Shown here: piece by piece, positions 18,872-28,774 of the stretch
Layout of the letters: each line of letters opens with the position of its first letter
How positions within the stretch are numbered: the stretch's first letter is position 1
Assembly: GCA_963665845.2 (NCBI GenBank)
Contig: OY762492.1
Span: forward strand, 832,001-896,000
DNA from: Candidatus Poribacteria bacterium
GTDB taxonomy: Bacteria > Poribacteria > WGA-4E > GCA-2687025
Length of the DNA stretch: 64,000 bases
Reading direction: 5' to 3'
The notes under the pieces: generated by a model
Told to the model about the DNA's origin: nothing
Databases searched by the model: none
The model's input: only the letters and a program-made list of their open reading frames with translations
Position numbers and translations under genes: made by a program

Positions 18872-19969
18872 ATGCGACTCAAAACGGTATGCATTTTATT
18901 CGCGGCGGCGCTCGGTTTCTCCCTCGGCGCCGAGGCGCAAACGTACACGATTCAGCCCGGCGACAGCCTGCGCATCCTGATCTTGAACAGACCCGAATAC
19001 ACACAGGAGGTGACCGTCGGGCCGGACGGAATGCTGCCGTATTTTTTAGTCGGCTCCATCGACACAAAAGGAATGACGCTTGAGGCGCTTCAAGAGCGAA
19101 TCGCGGAGGGGTTGTCGAAACATTTCAGCGATCCGCAGGCGATTGTGGTTCCGACGCCGCGCAGTTACGGGGTTTATGTCGGAGGGCAGGTTGCGAACCC
19201 CGGTTTTCATACGGCGCCGGAGCCTGAAATCGATCTTCGGCGGGCGGTCATCTTGGCGGGCGGACCGTTGCCGGACAGCGCCAATCTCAAAAACGCGCTG
19301 CTGTACCGCGCGGACGGCGAGACGGCCGCATACGACCTGACACGGTACGCGCAGCCCCCGCCGACGGTGAAAAACGGCGACGCCGTCTATATTCCGCCTA
19401 AAACGCGCATATTGGTGTCGGGCAATGTTCAAAAACCGGACGTCTATTATGTGGACGCGCCGCCGACCGCCGCGTTTGCGCTGGCGCTGGCGGGCGGACC
19501 GATGGAAGACCGCGCCGCCCTGGACCGACTCGTCATCCTGCGTTCAGACGGCGTCAGCGAAACGATCAGCCTGTCGGAGCATTTTTGGAACGACGACCCA
19601 GAAACGCTGCCGCGCCTGCAGTCCGGCGACGCGCTGTTTGTGCCGTACGCTTACGCGGCGGAGGAGATCAGCGTCATTGGATATGTCCGCGCGCCTGGCT
19701 TATATAAGGTGCGCGGACCGATACCGGTCGGACGCGCGCTGGCGCTCTCCGGCGGGGCGGATGTCGCCAAAGCGGATATGAACTCCGCTGAAATACAACG
19801 GCTGGACGGCTCCTGGGAGAAGGTGGACCTGCGGACCGAGGCGACCAGCGTTTTAGTCCATCCCGGCGAAACGGTGCGCGTCCGCAAGCGGTTTCAAGTG
19901 AACTGGTCATTCGTTCTCAGCGCCGTCACAACAGGGGTACTTCTCGCGCGCTTTATTCAAAACAACTAA
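18872..19969 (+). CDS. Polysaccharide export (Wza-like) protein with SLBB repeats
   Basis: Signal peptide, YTIQPGD, VGPDG, three V.G.V..PG..LAGG SLBB units. Confidence 0.85.
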   Translation: MRLKTVCILFAAALGFSLGAEAQTYTIQPGDSLRILILNRPEYTQEVTVGPDGMLPYFLVGSIDTKGMTLEALQERIAEGLSKHFSDPQAIVVPTPRSYGVYVGGQVANPGFHTAPEPEIDLRRAVILAGGPLPDSANLKNALLYRADGETAAYDLTRYAQPPPTVKNGDAVYIPPKTRILVSGNVQKPDVYYVDAPPTAAFALALAGGPMEDRAALDRLVILRSDGVSETISLSEHFWNDDPETLPRLQSGDALFVPYAYAAEEISVIGYVRAPGLYKVRGPIPVGRALALSGGADVAKADMNSAEIQRLDGSWEKVDLRTEATSVLVHPGETVRVRKRFQVNWSFVLSAVTTGVLLARFIQNN

Positions 19970-19979
19970 GGGGAACGAG

Positions 19980-20642
19980 ATGCCTGAAACCGCGCCGCTC
20001 ATCTACTGGGATGTGGACACGCAGAACGATTTTATGCTGCCGGACGGGAAGTTGTACATTCAAGGCGCCGAGACGATCCTGCCGAACCTCGCCCGTCTCA
20101 CGCAAAGGGCGCGCGGCGCGGGGCGCGTCGTCGTCGGCTCTGTAGATTGGCATCAACCCTCCGACCCCGAACTGTCGGACGACCCCGATTTCAAAGAGAC
20201 CTTTCCGCCCCACTGCCTCGCCGGTACCGACGGCGCCGAAAAGGTGAAGGCGACGGCGCCCCTCAACCCGCTCTGGATACCGAACGACCCGCAGGAGCCG
20301 TCCGCGCTTCAGGAGGCTGTCCGCGCGCATACGGCAAACGGCGGAGAAGCGTATCTGCAGAAAAGCCGCTTCGATGTGTTCACAAACCCGAACGCAGAGG
20401 CTGTGCTGGACGCGCTCCACCCGGCGCGGATACTGCTTTACGGCGTCGCGCTGGATGTGTGCGACGCGCATGCGATTGAAGGTTTGTTGAAGCGGGGCGG
20501 CATACAGATTTATCTCGCGCTGGACGCGACGCGCGCCATCAACCCTGACGAGGGGGAGCGTCTTGTGAAAGACTGGCGGCGGCGCGGCGTCCGGATCGTG
20601 TCGACGGAGGAGGCGGCGTCGGGCGCGCTGGACGGCGCCTAA
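19980..20642 (+). CDS. pncA: Nicotinamidase/pyrazinamidase-like cysteine hydrolase
   Basis: DVDTQNDF, DWH, FPPHC..GT.GA, GVALDVC. Confidence 0.8.
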   Translation: MPETAPLIYWDVDTQNDFMLPDGKLYIQGAETILPNLARLTQRARGAGRVVVGSVDWHQPSDPELSDDPDFKETFPPHCLAGTDGAEKVKATAPLNPLWIPNDPQEPSALQEAVRAHTANGGEAYLQKSRFDVFTNPNAEAVLDALHPARILLYGVALDVCDAHAIEGLLKRGGIQIYLALDATRAINPDEGERLVKDWRRRGVRIVSTEEAASGALDGA

Positions 20643-20665
20643 ATCGAACGGGCGGGAGACAGGCG

Positions 20666-20956
20666 ATGGCATGGAAACGGACAGAGTCGCATGAGGTCGG
20701 CGGGTACGAGTTTCACTGGTTCACCGACGAGGAGCGCTGGATCGCCGCCGTTTGGAGCGCGGGAGAGTCGCCCGCCGAGCCGTCGCATACGGACATTCCG
20801 CGCGCGTTGACAGTTCTCCGCCCGCCCCTTTCCGGCAAGGAGGAGCTGCGCGGTTTGTGCATGCGTTTTGTGGAGAACATACCTTACCGCATCCGCGCGA
20901 TCCGCGGCAAAACAACCGCTTTGCGCCGGCTCGGCATGGAGGACATCGACCTTTGA
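20666..20956 (+). CDS. Small hypothetical protein
   Basis: RBS-like GGAG, co-oriented and tightly packed between pncA and the Rieske gene. Confidence 0.65.
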   Translation: MAWKRTESHEVGGYEFHWFTDEERWIAAVWSAGESPAEPSHTDIPRALTVLRPPLSGKEELRGLCMRFVENIPYRIRAIRGKTTALRRLGMEDIDL

Positions 20957-20967
20957 GGCGCTTGCTC

Positions 20968-21321
20968 ATGCGCGCGGCGCGCCTTTTACGGCATATTCTG
21001 TTAAAGCGCGAGGGACCGACCTGGATCGACATCGGCGCGGCGGCGGATTTTCCGTTCAACGCGGCGCGGGTGGTCGTTCGGCGCGGCGTTCCGCTCGCCG
21101 TGTTTCATGACGAAACAGGCATCTCGATCATCGGCGACATCTGCCCGCATATGGGGGCGTCGTTGAGCGAAGGGACGCTCTATCCCGACGGAAGCGTGGA
21201 ATGTCCGGCGCACCGCATGCGCTTTCATCTTAAAACAGGCGCATGTTCCATCGGTCCAGTCTATTCGGCGCGCGTCTTTCGGTTTAGGTTCCGCGGGGGA
21301 CGGCTCGAAGCGTTTCTATAA
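20968..21321 (+). CDS. Rieske [2Fe-2S] ferredoxin
   Basis: CPHMG..LSEG..ECPAH..F.LKTG; start uncertain (20953 or 20968). Confidence 0.88.
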   Translation: MRAARLLRHILLKREGPTWIDIGAAADFPFNAARVVVRRGVPLAVFHDETGISIIGDICPHMGASLSEGTLYPDGSVECPAHRMRFHLKTGACSIGPVYSARVFRFRFRGGRLEAFL

Positions 21322-21337
21322 CTCCGCCGCCCTTCCG

Positions 21338-22786
21338 TCATTTTCCTGCGACAAGGGCGCGCGCCGCCGCCTGCATCGCCTCCATGCCGCGCGCGCTCGG
21401 CGCGTCCAGATAGCAGCGCACCAGCGGCTCCGTCCCAGACGCGCGCACCGCGATAAACCCCCCGTTCTCCAGAACAAACTTATGCCCGTCGATTCGAACG
21501 ACCCGCTCCACCTGAAACTCCCCAATCCGCTCCGGCGGCGACGACTCCAAGCCGCCCAGCAGCTCCGCCTTCCGCTCCTCGGACAGCTCCAGATCAAGCC
21601 TGTCCACATGCCTTTCCCCGACCCGTTCAAATAGCTCGCGCAGCTGCTCGCCCATCGATTTGCCGCGCGAGGCGACCATCTCGGCGAGGAGAAGGCAGGC
21701 GATCACACCGTCCTTTTCAGGCGTATGCCCGCGCATCGTCATGCCGCTGCTCTCCTCTCCGCCTAAAACGAAGCGGTCGGGGGACGCCAGCATCTCGGCG
21801 CCGATATACTTGAATCCCGTCCCTGTCTCCACCGTCTCGACGCCGCGGGCTTGCGCCGCCGCGTCCAGCAGGTGCGATGTCGGAACGCTCCGCACAACGA
21901 AGCCGCTCCATCCGCGCGACTCGATCAGATAGTCCGCCATGACGCCCAGGATATGATTCGCATGAAGGTAGGAGCCGTCCGCGTCGATCACGCCGAAACG
22001 GTCGGCGTCGCCGTCCACCGCCAGCCCGATGTCCGCGTTGACCGAGCGGACAAGTCGGCTCAGTTCGGTCAAGTTGTCGCCGCTCGGTTCGGGGCGTCCG
22101 CCGTCGAAGCCTGGGTTGGAACCTGTGCGCAAGGCGGTTACTTCACAGCCTGCCTCTACCAAGAGCCGCGGCAGATAGTCGCGCCCCGACCCGTAAAAAG
22201 CGTCCGCCGCGACGGTCAACTTCGCTTTCCGTATCGCCTCTACATCAATCAGCGAGAACAGATGATCGCGGTACGACTCATACGGGTCGACCCGTTCAAT
22301 GCCGCCTTCCGCCGCTGCCGCTTCAAAACGGGAAGCGGACGGGTAGCGCGCCTCTGGACGGCTCTCCTCCATGAGCGCGTTTGCCGTTTCAGCGATGCGC
22401 GCCGTCAGCTCGTTGGAGGCGGGCGCGCCGTCGGCGGGGGAGTATTTCATGCCGTTATACTGCGGCGGGTTGTGGCTCGCGGTGATGACAAGCCCGCCGT
22501 CCAGCCCAAGCGAACGGGTCATGAACGACACGACGGGGGTCGGAATCGGAGCGTCGGGAAGGAGAACGGAGGCGCCGTTTCGAACGAAAGTGAGAGCGGC
22601 GGTTCGGGCGAACGCGTCAGACAGAAAGCGTCCGTCGTATCCGACAGCGAAGCGCGGCGCCTGTCCGCCGGCGTCCTCCGCCGCGACGCGCGCGATCGCT
22701 TCCGCGACGATTTCAACGTTGCGGAAGGTGAAATCCTCCGCGATAATCGCGCGCCAACCGGATGTCCCAAACCGAATGCGTCCCAT
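21338..22786 (-). CDS. Phosphoglucomutase/phosphomannomutase family protein
   Basis: FGTSGWR, TASHNP, DGDADR, GGEESSG, RASGTEP. Confidence 0.96.
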   Translation of the reverse strand: MGRIRFGTSGWRAIIAEDFTFRNVEIVAEAIARVAAEDAGGQAPRFAVGYDGRFLSDAFARTAALTFVRNGASVLLPDAPIPTPVVSFMTRSLGLDGGLVITASHNPPQYNGMKYSPADGAPASNELTARIAETANALMEESRPEARYPSASRFEAAAAEGGIERVDPYESYRDHLFSLIDVEAIRKAKLTVAADAFYGSGRDYLPRLLVEAGCEVTALRTGSNPGFDGGRPEPSGDNLTELSRLVRSVNADIGLAVDGDADRFGVIDADGSYLHANHILGVMADYLIESRGWSGFVVRSVPTSHLLDAAAQARGVETVETGTGFKYIGAEMLASPDRFVLGGEESSGMTMRGHTPEKDGVIACLLLAEMVASRGKSMGEQLRELFERVGERHVDRLDLELSEERKAELLGGLESSPPERIGEFQVERVVRIDGHKFVLENGGFIAVRASGTEPLVRCYLDAPSARGMEAMQAAARALVAGK

Positions 22787-22865
22787 GATGCTCTCCTGCC
22801 GATAAATCTGCCGTCACTTTTTAAGTAGTACGCTCATACGGGGATATTTGCGGCGCCGCGTCCGA

Positions 22866-22955
22866 TTCCCCCCTTGAAAAGGGGGGCTAGGGGGGTTTAA
22901 AGGACGGGCGCGGCGGTTGCGATGCCTTAAGATTCCCGCTTACGCGGGAATGACG
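22866..22955. repeat. REP-like family B and family A elements
   Basis: CCCCCCTTGAAAAGGGGGGCTAGGGGG and GATTCCCGCTTACGCGGGAATGAC. Confidence 0.9.
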
Positions 22956-23000
22956 GCATGGATTGGCCGGCTGTCGCGCAAAAATGAATGTCATTGCTTG

Positions 23001-23492
23001 TTAGGTACTGCCCTTTTTCATTTGGCGCGGGAATCGTATTGCCGCGGCGATCTCTGTCGTGGAGCGCGTCTCAATATGCGGCGCGAGAACGACCTTGCCG
23101 CCCCCCTTCTCTACGGCTTCGCGCTCAACGATCTGCTCTATGGAGTAGTCGCCGCCTTTGACATGGATGTCAGGGCGGAGCGCCTGTATCATGGCGATGG
23201 GCGTATCCTCCTCAAAGACGACGGCGAACGCCACAGGCTTGAGCGCGCCAATCAGCTCGGCGCGTTCGTTGTCGGGAAGAAACGGGCGCGGCGCGCCTTT
23301 CAGCCGGCGCGTCGACTCGTCGCTGTTCACCCCGACAATGAGCATGTCCCCCAGCGACCGCGCATGGCGCAGATACCGAACATGCCCGACATGGAGAAGA
23401 TCGAAGCAGCCGTTCGTTGTGACGATCGTTTGTCCGTTTTGACGCGCCCTCCGCGCCTCTTCCGCCGCCTCTTCCAGGGTCAAGACGCTCAT
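23001..23492 (-). CDS. rfaE2: D-glycero-beta-D-manno-heptose-1-phosphate adenylyltransferase (RfaE domain II)
   Basis: TNGCFDLLHVGH, GVNSDES.RRLKG, PDIHVKGGDY, STT. Confidence 0.9.
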   Translation of the reverse strand: MSVLTLEEAAEEARRARQNGQTIVTTNGCFDLLHVGHVRYLRHARSLGDMLIVGVNSDESTRRLKGAPRPFLPDNERAELIGALKPVAFAVVFEEDTPIAMIQALRPDIHVKGGDYSIEQIVEREAVEKGGGKVVLAPHIETRSTTEIAAAIRFPRQMKKGST

Positions 23493-23787
23493 TCGCCGCT
23501 CTCCGTCTGGCGGCGCTGCCATCCCCAATCGATCCCGCCTTCGTAAAACCGCTCTGGGTTTTCAACCGCCCAGATCTGTTTTAAGAAGGTTCCCGACAAA
23601 CCGTCATTCCCGCGTAAGCGGGAATCTAGAGGCGGGGCAGAAACCGTCCGCCTTTGTCTGCCGCTATGCCTAAACTGAAACGTCAAGGTCTCGTTCACTC
23701 TTCTCTCTCCGCCTGTCGGCGCTGCCATCCCCAATCGATCCCGCCGTCGTAAAACCGCTCTGGATTTTCAACCGCCCATATCTGTTT
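23479..23787. repeat. Diverged direct duplication of the selenoprotein 3' end / rfaE2 start junction, with a family A REP between the copies
   Basis: KQIWAVENPERFY[ED]GGIDWGWQRRQ is encoded twice about 206 bp apart; REP at ~23603-23626. Confidence 0.9.
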
Positions 23788-24861
23788 ACGGATGATGTAG
23801 TTTTTCGGGTCCAGTTTGAGCGCCGCTTTCATCTGCTCGGCGGCTTCCTCTTTTCTGTTCAGTTGAAGGAGCAGCTTGGCGTATCGGAAACGGCGGGATG
23901 CGTCCTGCGCGTCCAGTTCCACGGCGCGTTCGTAGGCGTTCAAGGCGCGCTCCGCCTCTCCCTCCCGTTCATACAGCTCGGCGCGCAGCGTGTGAAACGC
24001 GGCGTCGTACGGCAAAGCCAGCGACAGCGCCTCAACCGCCTTGAGCGAGGTTTCATGCGCAGGGTCAGGCTTTTTAAGCGGCGCGCCGATCGGTTTTTTC
24101 GCCCACTCTTCCGCCTGTTGTTGAGACGCCTTCCCGACAAACCTGCCTTTTTCATCGATGAGCAGCGTGTTCGGAACCGCCCTTAGCCCAAACAGCTCTC
24201 CCAGCAGGTTGTTCGCGTCAATCAGGTTCACATATTCCGCGCCTGCTGCTTCGATATAGCGCCGCGCCGCTTCGGCTCCCTGTATGTCGATGGCGGCGGC
24301 GATGACGATGAAGTTGTTGTCGCGGCGCTTATCATATAACGCTTGCCAACCTGGCAAGTTGTCCCGGCACCCTCACCAGCTCGCCCAGGTGTAGAGCGCG
24401 ATCCGTTTGCCGATCAAGCTGGAGAGGCGGATCATCTCGCCGTCCAGGTCGGGCAGGGCGATGTCCGGCATCCGTTCGCCCGGTTGAATGGAGCGGGTCG
24501 GCGCCGCCCCCGGCAAGAGAGCCGGCGCCTCCGCGGTCTCGTCCCAACCGAAATGCGCGTTCAGCAGCTCCGGCAAACGGGACGCCGACGCATAGAGGCC
24601 GCGCTCGGTTTGGAGAACGCGCCGGTCGCTTCCGTCTAAAAATATGTTGACGCAGAACTGGTTGATGCAGATGTTGACGCTTCCGTCGGGGAGCGGCTCT
24701 AGTTTGGCGTTGAAGGCGTCCGCGGCGGGTTGAAGCGGAACATACGCCGCGGCGCCGAACCGCCGGATGTCCAGCTCTAGGGCGGTTCCGTTCGCGTGGA
24801 TGCGCAGTTCGTCTGCCTGCGCGCATGCGGCGAGGGCGATCAGGGCGGCGTATATCGTCAT
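23695..24861 (-). CDS. Selenocysteine-containing redoxin (ResA/TlpA-like, WASWUGC) with an N-terminal extra domain and C-terminal TPRs, ~388 aa
   Basis: ORFs 24373..24861 and 23695..24357 are in frame across a TGA at 24375-24373, reading LYTWASW*GCRDNLPGWQ at the thioredoxin-fold active-site position. Confidence 0.88.
24342..24358 (-). promoter_or_regulatory. Bacterial SECIS-like hairpin
   Basis: CTTGCCA-GGT-TGGCAAG; the apical G lies about 22 nt 3' of the UGA. Confidence 0.75.
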
Positions 24862-24905
24862 GCGTCTTACCTGCGCTTCGGTTTAAAATAGGAGGTTCTG
24901 CCGCG

Positions 24906-24934
24906 ATCTTAGCGCCGACCGCGCCGGGATGCAA
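24906..24934 (-). promoter_or_regulatory. Putative sigma70 promoter of the selenoprotein-rfaE2 unit
   Basis: TTGCAT-17bp-TAAGAT. Confidence 0.6.
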
Positions 24935-25094
24935 CCGCCTTCCCTCCGACCTTACCCTTAGAGTTAGGATAATTCTGGTTGTGAACGCGGACGGCGCCTG
25001 CGGCATCTAAGATTCCCGCTTGCGCGGGAATGACGGGCTGATTGGCGCGCCTTTTCCCATAAGACGGAATGACGGACCGGCAGGCGGATTGAGG

Positions 25095-27530
25095 CTAGAA
25101 ACGCATCGACAAGCCGATGAGCGGAATAATCGGGAGCTGGTAGATTTTTTCTTCGGCTGAATAATCGTCGTTGTAGCTGATGTCGAGAACGTTGCGGCGG
25201 TAAAGCGCGTTCAAGACTTCCAGATACGCCCCGATCTCCGCCCCCGCCAGCGTCCAGTTGCGGGAAGCCCGCACATCCAGACGGCTATAGTAAGGCAGCC
25301 GCGCCGAGTTGGTCGCGCCGTACACCGGCTCGTACCGATACCCGCCTGCGCCGTCTATAGCAAGGTTCGCGTCCACAACAGGCGTATAAGGCAGCCCCGT
25401 CGCATAATGCCATTTGAACCCGATCTCCCACTTCGGGCTGGGCGCCAGAACGGCGGCGACTGTCGCGACATGCGTCTGGTCAAAACTGAACAGCCGCTCT
25501 TCCTCGTCGGGGCTGTCTTTGCGGGCGGAGCGCCCGTAGGCGTAGCTGAACCAGCCGAGGAGTTTTTCGGACGGGCTGTATTTGGCAAACAGCTCCACGC
25601 CGCGCGCCGTCCCTGTCCCTTGGTTGATGTAGATGTCCACCGGGTCGGAGATGGCGAGGCCGCTTTGCCGCTTCTGGTACGCCGCCGCCTTGATTTTCAG
25701 CGATTCTCCGATCTGCCGTTCCGCTTCGGCGATGAAATGAACGGCGCGGCGCGATTTCAGCCCCGAGTTCCCCCACGGCTCCAGTATCTGATACGGCTCC
25801 GGGCTTTGGCTGTACAACCCCCATGCGAGCCGCAGCGACGATTCGTCCGACGGCGCGTAGGAGAGGCTGAGGCGCGGGTCAAGGTTCACATCGCGCGTGA
25901 GGTTGAAACGCTGTATGCGCGCGCCGACGGTCGCTTTGACCGTGTCGGACAGCGAGGCGGTGTCCTTGAGATAGGCGGAGAGCCGGATCATCGGCTGGGT
26001 CGACTCGGCGCGTATCTTTTCGGCATCGACAAAATCGGGCGCCTCGGAGCCTTCGTCCGGCGGACGCGCGAAGAAGGAGCTGACGCTGGAGGTTCCCGCG
26101 TACATTTCAGCCCCCGCTTCAATCAGATGCGCGTCGTTCAGCGGATATACAAGGTCTTCCCGAAGCGTCCACATGTTCTGGTTTATTTTCAGAAAAAAGC
26201 CCTGCCCGATGGTGAAATCGAACGCGAACAGGTTCTGCGCCAATGTCGTGTCCAGAACGCCGCCGTTCTCTAAGCGGCTTTCAAGCGTCGCGCCGCGCCC
26301 GGCGAAGCTGTACTTGTAGCGCAGATCGCCCGCCAGCTCCGGGTCTTCAGTTACATCCTCATCTTTCAGGAACAGCTGCATGAAATCCTGCGAGCCGAAG
26401 GCGGACACCCGTAAAAACTGCGTCGGCGACAGGTCGTACTCCGCGCCCGTTTGATAATCCCAGAAGCGCGGAAACGCGGTGATCGTGTCGATGTTCAGAA
26501 CTTTGGGAAGTATCAGGTCGTAGTAGCTGCGCCGACCCGCCAGATACGCCGTCCCGTCCGCGCCCAGCGGCGTCGACAGAAACCATTCCGACAGCAGCAG
26601 ATTCAGGTTCGATTTCAGCCCGGCGCTCCGCTTCTCCAGCCGTCTCGGCGCAATTTCAATGACCGCCTGCGCCTCGCCGTATTCGGCTCCGAAGCCGCCC
26701 GCATGCACATCGATGCGGTCGATGATTTCGCTGCTGATGGTTGAGATAAGCCCGCCGAAATGGTACGGGTACCCTAGCGCAATGCGGTCAAAGTAGTATT
26801 TGTTTTCTTCAGAGCTTCCGCCGCGTATGTACAGTTCGCCGCTTAGGTCGTTCGCGGTGGCGACGCCCGGCATGGAGCGGAGCGCCCGGAGGGCGTCGCC
26901 TCCTGTGCCGGGGAGGCGTCGTATGTCGGCGCCGCTGATGGTCGCCTTGCCAGGTTTTATGACAGGCGGGCGCGTTCGGACGCCGGGGTCCAGATCCGGC
27001 GCCGCCGTCCGTTCGGCGCTGATCCGCTCCCGTTCGGGCGGATTGAGCCGCGCGGCGGGAAGGCTTGAAGTTGTCAAGAGAGCGGGCGTTTGCGAGGGGC
27101 GCATCGCCGGCGGATTCGCCGTCATGGGTTTGAATTCGGGCGGATCGGGCTGGCTCGCAGGCGGCGCGGCGCGCAAAGCGGCAGGCTCCCGTAGAAGCTG
27201 CGCCGTTTCAACGATCCCCCCGCCGCCGTCTCCGTACGCCGGGGCAATCTGAATGACCCCGACCCCGTCCTGCCGCGAGCCGTAGAGCAGCTGCGCCGGC
27301 GCGCCGCTTCGAACAGCCGCCTCCATCTTCGTTTTTGGCAGTTCAGGGCGGTCGCGCCGCATGGACGGCTTCCGTTTTTTTTCTTCAGTAAGAACGATCT
27401 CCGGCGCCTCCGTGTCCAGCATTTTCACCCGCTCAATGATGAAGGTGAGCGCCAGAAAGACGCCGATGATGAGATGCGCCGCGAGCGACAGAAGAAAGGC
27501 TGCGCTGCTTCGTTTGCGCCGCATGTTCAT
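25095..27530 (-). CDS. TonB-dependent receptor with an N-terminal TonB-like TM helix and Pro-rich linker
   Basis: Plug motif (IRRLPG..DALRAL..MPGV..LYIRGG), beta-barrel strand pattern, RLDVR, LN and C-terminal F; N-terminal SLAAH helix. Confidence 0.9.
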   Translation of the reverse strand: MNMRRKRSSAAFLLSLAAHLIIGVFLALTFIIERVKMLDTEAPEIVLTEEKKRKPSMRRDRPELPKTKMEAAVRSGAPAQLLYGSRQDGVGVIQIAPAYGDGGGGIVETAQLLREPAALRAAPPASQPDPPEFKPMTANPPAMRPSQTPALLTTSSLPAARLNPPERERISAERTAAPDLDPGVRTRPPVIKPGKATISGADIRRLPGTGGDALRALRSMPGVATANDLSGELYIRGGSSEENKYYFDRIALGYPYHFGGLISTISSEIIDRIDVHAGGFGAEYGEAQAVIEIAPRRLEKRSAGLKSNLNLLLSEWFLSTPLGADGTAYLAGRRSYYDLILPKVLNIDTITAFPRFWDYQTGAEYDLSPTQFLRVSAFGSQDFMQLFLKDEDVTEDPELAGDLRYKYSFAGRGATLESRLENGGVLDTTLAQNLFAFDFTIGQGFFLKINQNMWTLREDLVYPLNDAHLIEAGAEMYAGTSSVSSFFARPPDEGSEAPDFVDAEKIRAESTQPMIRLSAYLKDTASLSDTVKATVGARIQRFNLTRDVNLDPRLSLSYAPSDESSLRLAWGLYSQSPEPYQILEPWGNSGLKSRRAVHFIAEAERQIGESLKIKAAAYQKRQSGLAISDPVDIYINQGTGTARGVELFAKYSPSEKLLGWFSYAYGRSARKDSPDEEERLFSFDQTHVATVAAVLAPSPKWEIGFKWHYATGLPYTPVVDANLAIDGAGGYRYEPVYGATNSARLPYYSRLDVRASRNWTLAGAEIGAYLEVLNALYRRNVLDISYNDDYSAEEKIYQLPIIPLIGLSMRF

Positions 27531-27559
27531 GCTTCGTTCCTTGCCTCCGTTGCGTCGGT

Positions 27560-28774
27560 TTAGTCGTCGGCGGCGCGCGGGTCGCCCTTGAGCGTGATGA
27601 TCGGCTCCAGCGTGTGGACAGGCTCAATCAGGTCGGTCTGCCGCTGGATCACCTCATGAATGTTTTTATAGGACTGCGGCGCCTCGTCCACATATCCGCG
27701 GGCGGGGCGCGTGTAGGTGTGCGCGAGCGCGTTTTCATAGTCGTTCTGGTCGATGGTCTTCCGCGCCTTCGTCCTGGACATAACGCGCCCGGAGCCATGC
27801 GAGCATGAGCGGAAGCTGTCGGGGTTGCCGCGCCCTTTTACAATGTAGGACGGCGTTCCCATAGAGCCTGGGATGATGCCGATCTCGCCGTCTTGGGCGG
27901 AGGTGGCGCCTTTTCGGTGAACGACGACGCTCTCGCCGCCATGGTTTTCGATGCGGGCGAAATTGTGGTGGATATTGACGCCGCGCCCGCGCACATCCGC
28001 TTCGGCGCTTTCGCCCTTAAACAGCTCAAAAAACTGTTCAACGGCGCGCTCCAGCATGCGCCAGCGGTTCTCAAGGGCGAAGCGCACCGCCCAGCCCATG
28101 TCATGCAGATAGTCGTCGAACAGGCGGCTGTCCGCGCGCAGATAGGCGAGATGGGTCGGATATTTCGTCCTGGAACGCGCCAGCAGCGCCTCCGCCTGGC
28201 GGTTGTAATGCTCGGCGATGCGGTAGCCCGTGTGCCGGGAGCCGGAATGTACCATGAACCATACGCGTCCGTTTTCGTCCGTTTGCGCCTCCACAAAATG
28301 GTTGCCGCCGCCGAGCGTTCCGAGCTGAAGACGCGCTCTTTGTTCAAGATAGGTTTGAACGGGCTTGGCGCGCAGGTCAATATTGAACCCGTTCCAGGGC
28401 TGTTTCTTTTTAAACCAGTTGAAGCCGACCGGTATCGTTTGGAGCGCCGCTTTTTCCCATGTCCGCCAGAATTGCGGTTCGCCGCCGTCTATTTCGTTCA
28501 GCCGCTCTCGGCGTACGCCCGTGTTGTAGGCGCTGATGCCGCAGCCGATGTCGACGCCGACGATGTTCGGGACGACCGCGTCCTTCGCCGGCACAACGCT
28601 GCCGATGACGGCTCCCTTGCCGAGATGGACATCCGGCATGACCGCGATATGCTGATGGATAAACGGCAGCCCGCCCATCTGATGCAGCTGCTTCTGTGAC
28701 AATGTTTCGATCTCTTCAAGGTTGTCGACCCAGACCTTGATGAGCGTTCCGCCGCTTGTTCTGAATTCGACCAT
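27560..28774 (-). CDS. rtcB: RtcB RNA ligase
   Basis: MPDVH.G, GVDIGCG, GTLGGGNHF, HSGSR, HHN, HRKGA, IPGSMG, SHGSGR, DEAP. Confidence 0.96.
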   Translation of the reverse strand: MVEFRTSGGTLIKVWVDNLEEIETLSQKQLHQMGGLPFIHQHIAVMPDVHLGKGAVIGSVVPAKDAVVPNIVGVDIGCGISAYNTGVRRERLNEIDGGEPQFWRTWEKAALQTIPVGFNWFKKKQPWNGFNIDLRAKPVQTYLEQRARLQLGTLGGGNHFVEAQTDENGRVWFMVHSGSRHTGYRIAEHYNRQAEALLARSRTKYPTHLAYLRADSRLFDDYLHDMGWAVRFALENRWRMLERAVEQFFELFKGESAEADVRGRGVNIHHNFARIENHGGESVVVHRKGATSAQDGEIGIIPGSMGTPSYIVKGRGNPDSFRSCSHGSGRVMSRTKARKTIDQNDYENALAHTYTRPARGYVDEAPQSYKNIHEVIQRQTDLIEPVHTLEPIITLKGDPRAADD

